NCBI GenBank assembly: GCA_964016885.1
Contig: OZ024747.1
Span: 7,626,001 to 7,690,000, forward strand
Reading direction: 5' to 3'
Length of the DNA stretch: 64,000 bases
Origin: Eledone cirrhosa
Taxonomy: Eukaryota
Shown: positions 59,901-64,000 of the stretch, one piece after another
How positions within the stretch are numbered: the first letter of the stretch is position 1
Layout: every line of letters begins with the position of its first letter
Notes under the pieces: model-generated
Database searches by the model: none
What the model saw: only the letters and a program-made list of their open reading frames with translations
What the model was told of the DNA's origin: nothing
Position numbers and translations under genes: made by a program

Positions 59901-62900
59901 ATGTTCCCTGGTTTTACAGCAAAACAGTATTGGTATTATCAATATGATCAGTTTATGACCCTTCCTAACCTTGCTACAATCAGAGAGTACATAAATAATG
60001 ATTGCTAGTTTAAATGTGGCCCAGCTGATTTGTGTATTAGTGTTTGACAACTTTTAAGAATTCTTCTTTGCTCAAAATACCTCATAAATAAGGTGGGGGG
60101 GGGGGGGGGGGGGGTCCGCTGATGTGTTAAACACTCAATAAGCAGCATATTTTGATTTTCTTTCCAGCTTTCCTCTTCTGTATCAACTACAACAGAAAAA
60201 CAGAATTCCGAAAACTCTGTGACAATGTAAGTTTTTTTCCCTTGTCTGCATCCTATCTTTATCACCCATCCATTGTGAGAGTGCATTACACATTCTTAGG
60301 CATCATCATCATTTTACGTCCGCTTTTCCCTGCTTGCAAGGGTGGGACGGGTCTTATTCAGCACAGCATCTCTCCACTTGTCACGGTCCTTCGTCATCTC
60401 AGCGATCTGAGGTCTGTTCTCACCACCTCCGCCCATGTTTTTCGTGGTCTACCACTACCAACTGGCATTTCCTGGTACTTCTTCACCCATCGGTCATCCT
60501 CCATGCGCATCACATGTCCATACCACCGCAGTCTCCTCTCTCGCACACTACATTCTATCCCTCTCAGAAACAGTTTCTCTCTCAACACATCCATGCTGGG
60601 TTGTTCACGCACATTGACATTGCACATCCAACGGAGCATGCTTGCCTCATTTCTCTCCAGCCGTCGCATATCCTCTGCAGTTGCTGCCGAAGTCTCACTA
60701 CCATGCAGCATTGCGCTTCGTACGCAGGGAGAAACCCTTCTTTGTCAGCAGAGGAAGCAGCTCCCTAAACTTCTTTCAACCCGTCCTTATTCTAGATACT
60801 ATGGCCTCGGAACACCCCCCTCCCATGCTAATCTGATTGCCTAGGTACCGGAAGCTATCTACCACTTCTATAGCACCCATCTGCATTTGAAAAATGTATC
60901 TATCAATGCGACTTCTACTGTCTAATTTCCCTGTACATCTGCATACGTATTTCTCCCTACCTATTAGTTTGCCAGCTATCCCACTACATCTCTTGTGTAC
61001 CCAGGATCTGCATTGTGTGCATTTTATAGAATTTATGCCAGTTCCTTTTCTGCATATCGAACAAGGCCATTCCCCTGACGGAATCAGAGTTTTGTCCTCT
61101 TTTCTACTCGTCAACACTTTTGTCTTAGCTAGGTTCACTCTCAGTCCTCTTGTTTCCATAGCCAGAATTTAATCTCTAGCTCCTCTACTGATTCTGCTAT
61201 AAGAACTAGATCGTCAACATGGAGAAGTTCCCATGGACAGCCAGTCTTAAACTCCTGTTATGGCTTGGAGAACTATAATGAACAAGAGTGGGCTGAGGAC
61301 TGAACCTTGATGTACTCCTATTTGTATCGGGAATTCCTCACTAAACTCCATTCCTACCCTCACTTTACTGACAGCACCTCTGTACAAAGTTTGCACTGTC
61401 CTCACAAGCCATTCCTTAACACCTAGTTTCCTTAGGGACGACCAGATGACAGATCGGGGTACCCTATCAAAGGCGTTCTCTAGGTCAACAAAGGCTAAGT
61501 ATAGTGGCTTATTTTTCTCTAAGAACCTCTCTTGCAATTGTCTCACCAAGAAGAGGGCATCTGTTGTACTCTTCCCAGGCACAAAACCAAACTGCATCTC
61601 ATCTAGTTTGACCCTTTCTCTAATTAGTTGTGCTAATATCCTTTCTGCCACTTTCATAACCTGATCCATCAGTTTTATACCCCTATAATTGCTCCTCTCC
61701 AGAACATCCCCTTTACCTTTGTAGCAATTTATGAGAATACTGCTGCACCAGTCTTTGGGTATGACACCACCATATATAGCCTGATTGATGATGCGTGCAA
61801 CCAGTTTAGTGCCTACGTCCCCTGATGCCTTCAGCATCTCAGCAACTAACCCCGACGGTCCAGCAGCCTTACCATTTTTCATTTCCTTAATCGCCTCTTG
61901 GACCCTATATTCGTCAATCTCAAAACCTGGTCCTTCTGTCGGATCTACTGAGGGTAATTTCTCTCTCTCCCATTCGTTCTCCACATTCAGCAGTCTCTCA
62001 TAATGACATTTCCAGGCCTCCTTTTTCTGATCATTCGTGACTCTAAGTACACCGGCATCATTCCAGACACATTTATCTCCAACAACATCCTGATTTGCAT
62101 TGACACACTGCCTTGCAATGTGGAACACCGCACGCCTCTGATCTTCCCGTCGCAGAAAATTGGCAAACCTCCTACTCTCAGCCTCCCTGCATGCTAAGTA
62201 CACTTGTCCTCTAGCTTCCCTCTTAGCGGCTGTATATCCTTCCCTACTCCCACCCTTTTTCCAAGCCTTCCATGCTAGTCTTTTGTCTCTAATGGCCCTA
62301 TCTACTGTGCTGTTTCACCACCAGGTCACTCTCTGTCTGGTTGGAGCTCTGCTCCAGCCACAAGTTTCATCAGTAGCCTGCAGTAAGTTGTCACGTAAGA
62401 AATTCCAGTTATTATCTATGTCATACGACTCTAAATCGTCTTCTTTTTTCATTATACACATCTTGAAGGGCTTTCCTAAATTTGTATTTTAGTGAAAGGT
62501 CTTTTAGCTTCCAGACCTTTCTTCTCCACACCTTCCTGTATGTCTCATTCCATCTCTTGCTTACTGAGATATCACTAACGACTAACCTATGCTGTGGGGT
62601 ACATTCTTCCCCAGGGTATGCCTTGGTATTAGACACCATCTGCCTGTTCCGCTGCCTAACTAGTAAGAAGTCAATCTGGCTTATGTGCTCAATCACAAAT
62701 ACCAATTGAGGATTGTTGTTTTGTATGGCTCTCTGAGTTGGGACTCTTGGTCATTGACATAATGCAGCGTTTGGTACATGATATGAACTAAGAACTTGTT
62801 TGCTCTCACAGTACTCACATAGACATATATGTCTGTTTATGCATATATGTATTCAAATGTGGATGGCCAACCGTTAACTTTACTCATCATGATCATTAGA

Positions 62901-64000
62901 CCTGTTTTTTCCATGCTTGCATGGATTGGGCTAGTGTTTTGAAGAGTAGTTTTGCTATGGATGCTCTTTCTAATGTCAGATCATCCTCTAAAGTATGGTA
63001 TGTTTTGCTCACTTTTCCCCCAAACCCCTACTCTGCAAAACGTATTGTTTGTGGGAGACAAATATCAACGGTTGTGGGGTCAGTCACCATAAAAACATTT
63101 GCAGCAACAAGTAAACACACATGCACACCTATAAATATATATAATCAACATTGTTACGTCTGTTTTTCCATGCTTGCATGAGTTGGAGATATATATATGT
63201 ATATATATACACATATATGATGGTGCCCCTTTCAGTTCGTATCTACAAAATTCACTCAAGGCATTGGAGTTGAACTTAGAACCATGTGTTTCTGAAGCAA
63301 ACTTCTTAAACAGCCATGCCTACACCTAAATATTAAATTTAAAAAAAATTGTAATGACTCAAATATATTTTTTGGGGAAAAAAACTAAAAAAAAAAAAAA
63401 TCACTCTATTCTACACTTGGTAAATATTTCCCTCTTTGTCTTTACAGCTCCGCACACATTTGATGCAAATTAACAAACAGCAGCACCAACAGACTGCCAT
63501 CAACCTGAATAATGTGGAGTCACAGGCAATGCACTTGGAGACGCGTTTGGCTCAGCTGGATAGTGCTATCAGTATGGAGCTGTGGCAAGAAGCTTTTAAA
63601 GCTGTTGAGGACATTTATAACTTGATCAGTTTGTCAAAGAAGCCGCCCAAGCCTGCTCTGATGGCCAACTACTACCAGAAGTTAGGCCTCGTATTCTGGA
63701 AATCGGGAAACCATCTATTTCATGCTTGTACTCTTCATCGGCTTTTCCATCTGTCCAGAGATCAGAAGAAGAATTTGTCTCAAGAAGAATTGCAACGGTA
63801 AAATAACTTCAGCTGATCTGTTTATCCTCTGTAATACATGCTAGCATAAAAATAATTCCTTGTGAAATCATAGCTATCTAACATTTTCTCAGAATTCTCT
63901 CTGAAATATAAACCTGTATGTCTGTGGATTTGATAAATTGTTGTATATGATTTAACACTTTTTGTTTTTTTGTTTTTCATACCTTCTAGAATGGCAACTC
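52628..64000 (+). CDS. EIF3A: Eukaryotic translation initiation factor 3 subunit A (5' part; runs past window end)
   Basis: Exons 52628-52676, 57387-57577, 58247-58383, 59125-59288, 60168-60226, 63448-63797, 63990-end; [57 protein letters not shown] are eIF3a hallmarks. Confidence 0.96.
55040..56425 (+). mobile_element. Highly decayed RTE LINE in eIF3a intron 1
   Basis: Frameshifted remnants (e.g. ATCTGGAGAAGGCCTTTGACAGAGT = DLEKAFDRV-like) and RTE 3' end CCAACCCATGCAAGCATG. Confidence 0.65.
57387..57577 (+). CDS. EIF3A: eIF3a exon 2
   Basis: [16 protein letters not shown]...ICQQ. Confidence 0.95.
58247..58383 (+). CDS. EIF3A: eIF3a exon 3
   Basis: [14 protein letters not shown]...[10 protein letters not shown]. 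Confidence 0.93.
58700..58777. repeat. 39-bp tandem duplication
   Basis: TAAAACCTATGAATTGAGAGGTCTGTCACA.TGG.TAAC x2. Confidence 0.85.
59125..59288 (+). CDS. EIF3A: eIF3a exon 4
   Basis: [17 protein letters not shown]...HNIAQQ; AAG acceptor. Confidence 0.94.
60168..60226 (+). CDS. EIF3A: eIF3a exon 5
   Basis: [20 protein letters not shown]. Confidence 0.93.
60301..62692 (-). mobile_element. RTE-clade LINE, 5'-truncated and inactivated (APE end, RT, Cys-rich finger, C-terminus)
   Basis: [51 protein letters not shown]; YADD reads HVDD; stop at 61247 and frameshifts. Confidence 0.93.
63448..63797 (+). CDS. EIF3A: eIF3a exon 6
   Basis: LRTHLMQ...NLSQEELQR. Confidence 0.95.

Overview
AT-rich, microsatellite-dense animal genomic DNA. 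The repeat content suggests an octopus/coleoid cephalopod; this is inference, not a database result. Three spliced genes were reconstructed by hand, with GT-AG junctions and consistent exon phases. (1) Mitochondrial-type glycerol-3-phosphate acyltransferase (GPAM/GPAT1), + strand, 22 coding exons, 13588-34863, about 862 aa, with a candidate alternative first exon. (2) FAM98A/B-like gene, - strand, two coding exons (51696-50553, 47995-47400; 579 aa) with a Gly/Tyr/RGG tail. (3) The 5' part of eIF3a, + strand, from 52628 to the window end, head-to-head with FAM98 across <1 kb. Non-coding DNA holds RTE-clade LINE fragments, tRNA-derived/Meta-type SINEs, piggyBac-, hAT- and Tc1/mariner-type MITEs and minisatellites. 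The most notable non-annotated signal is a set of type I hammerhead-ribozyme motifs in short elements between (TA)n tracts, resembling Penelope pLTR/retrozyme units: one apparently intact at 128-216 and several decayed. A 128-bp-arm inverted repeat at 11844-12145 belongs to the same class.
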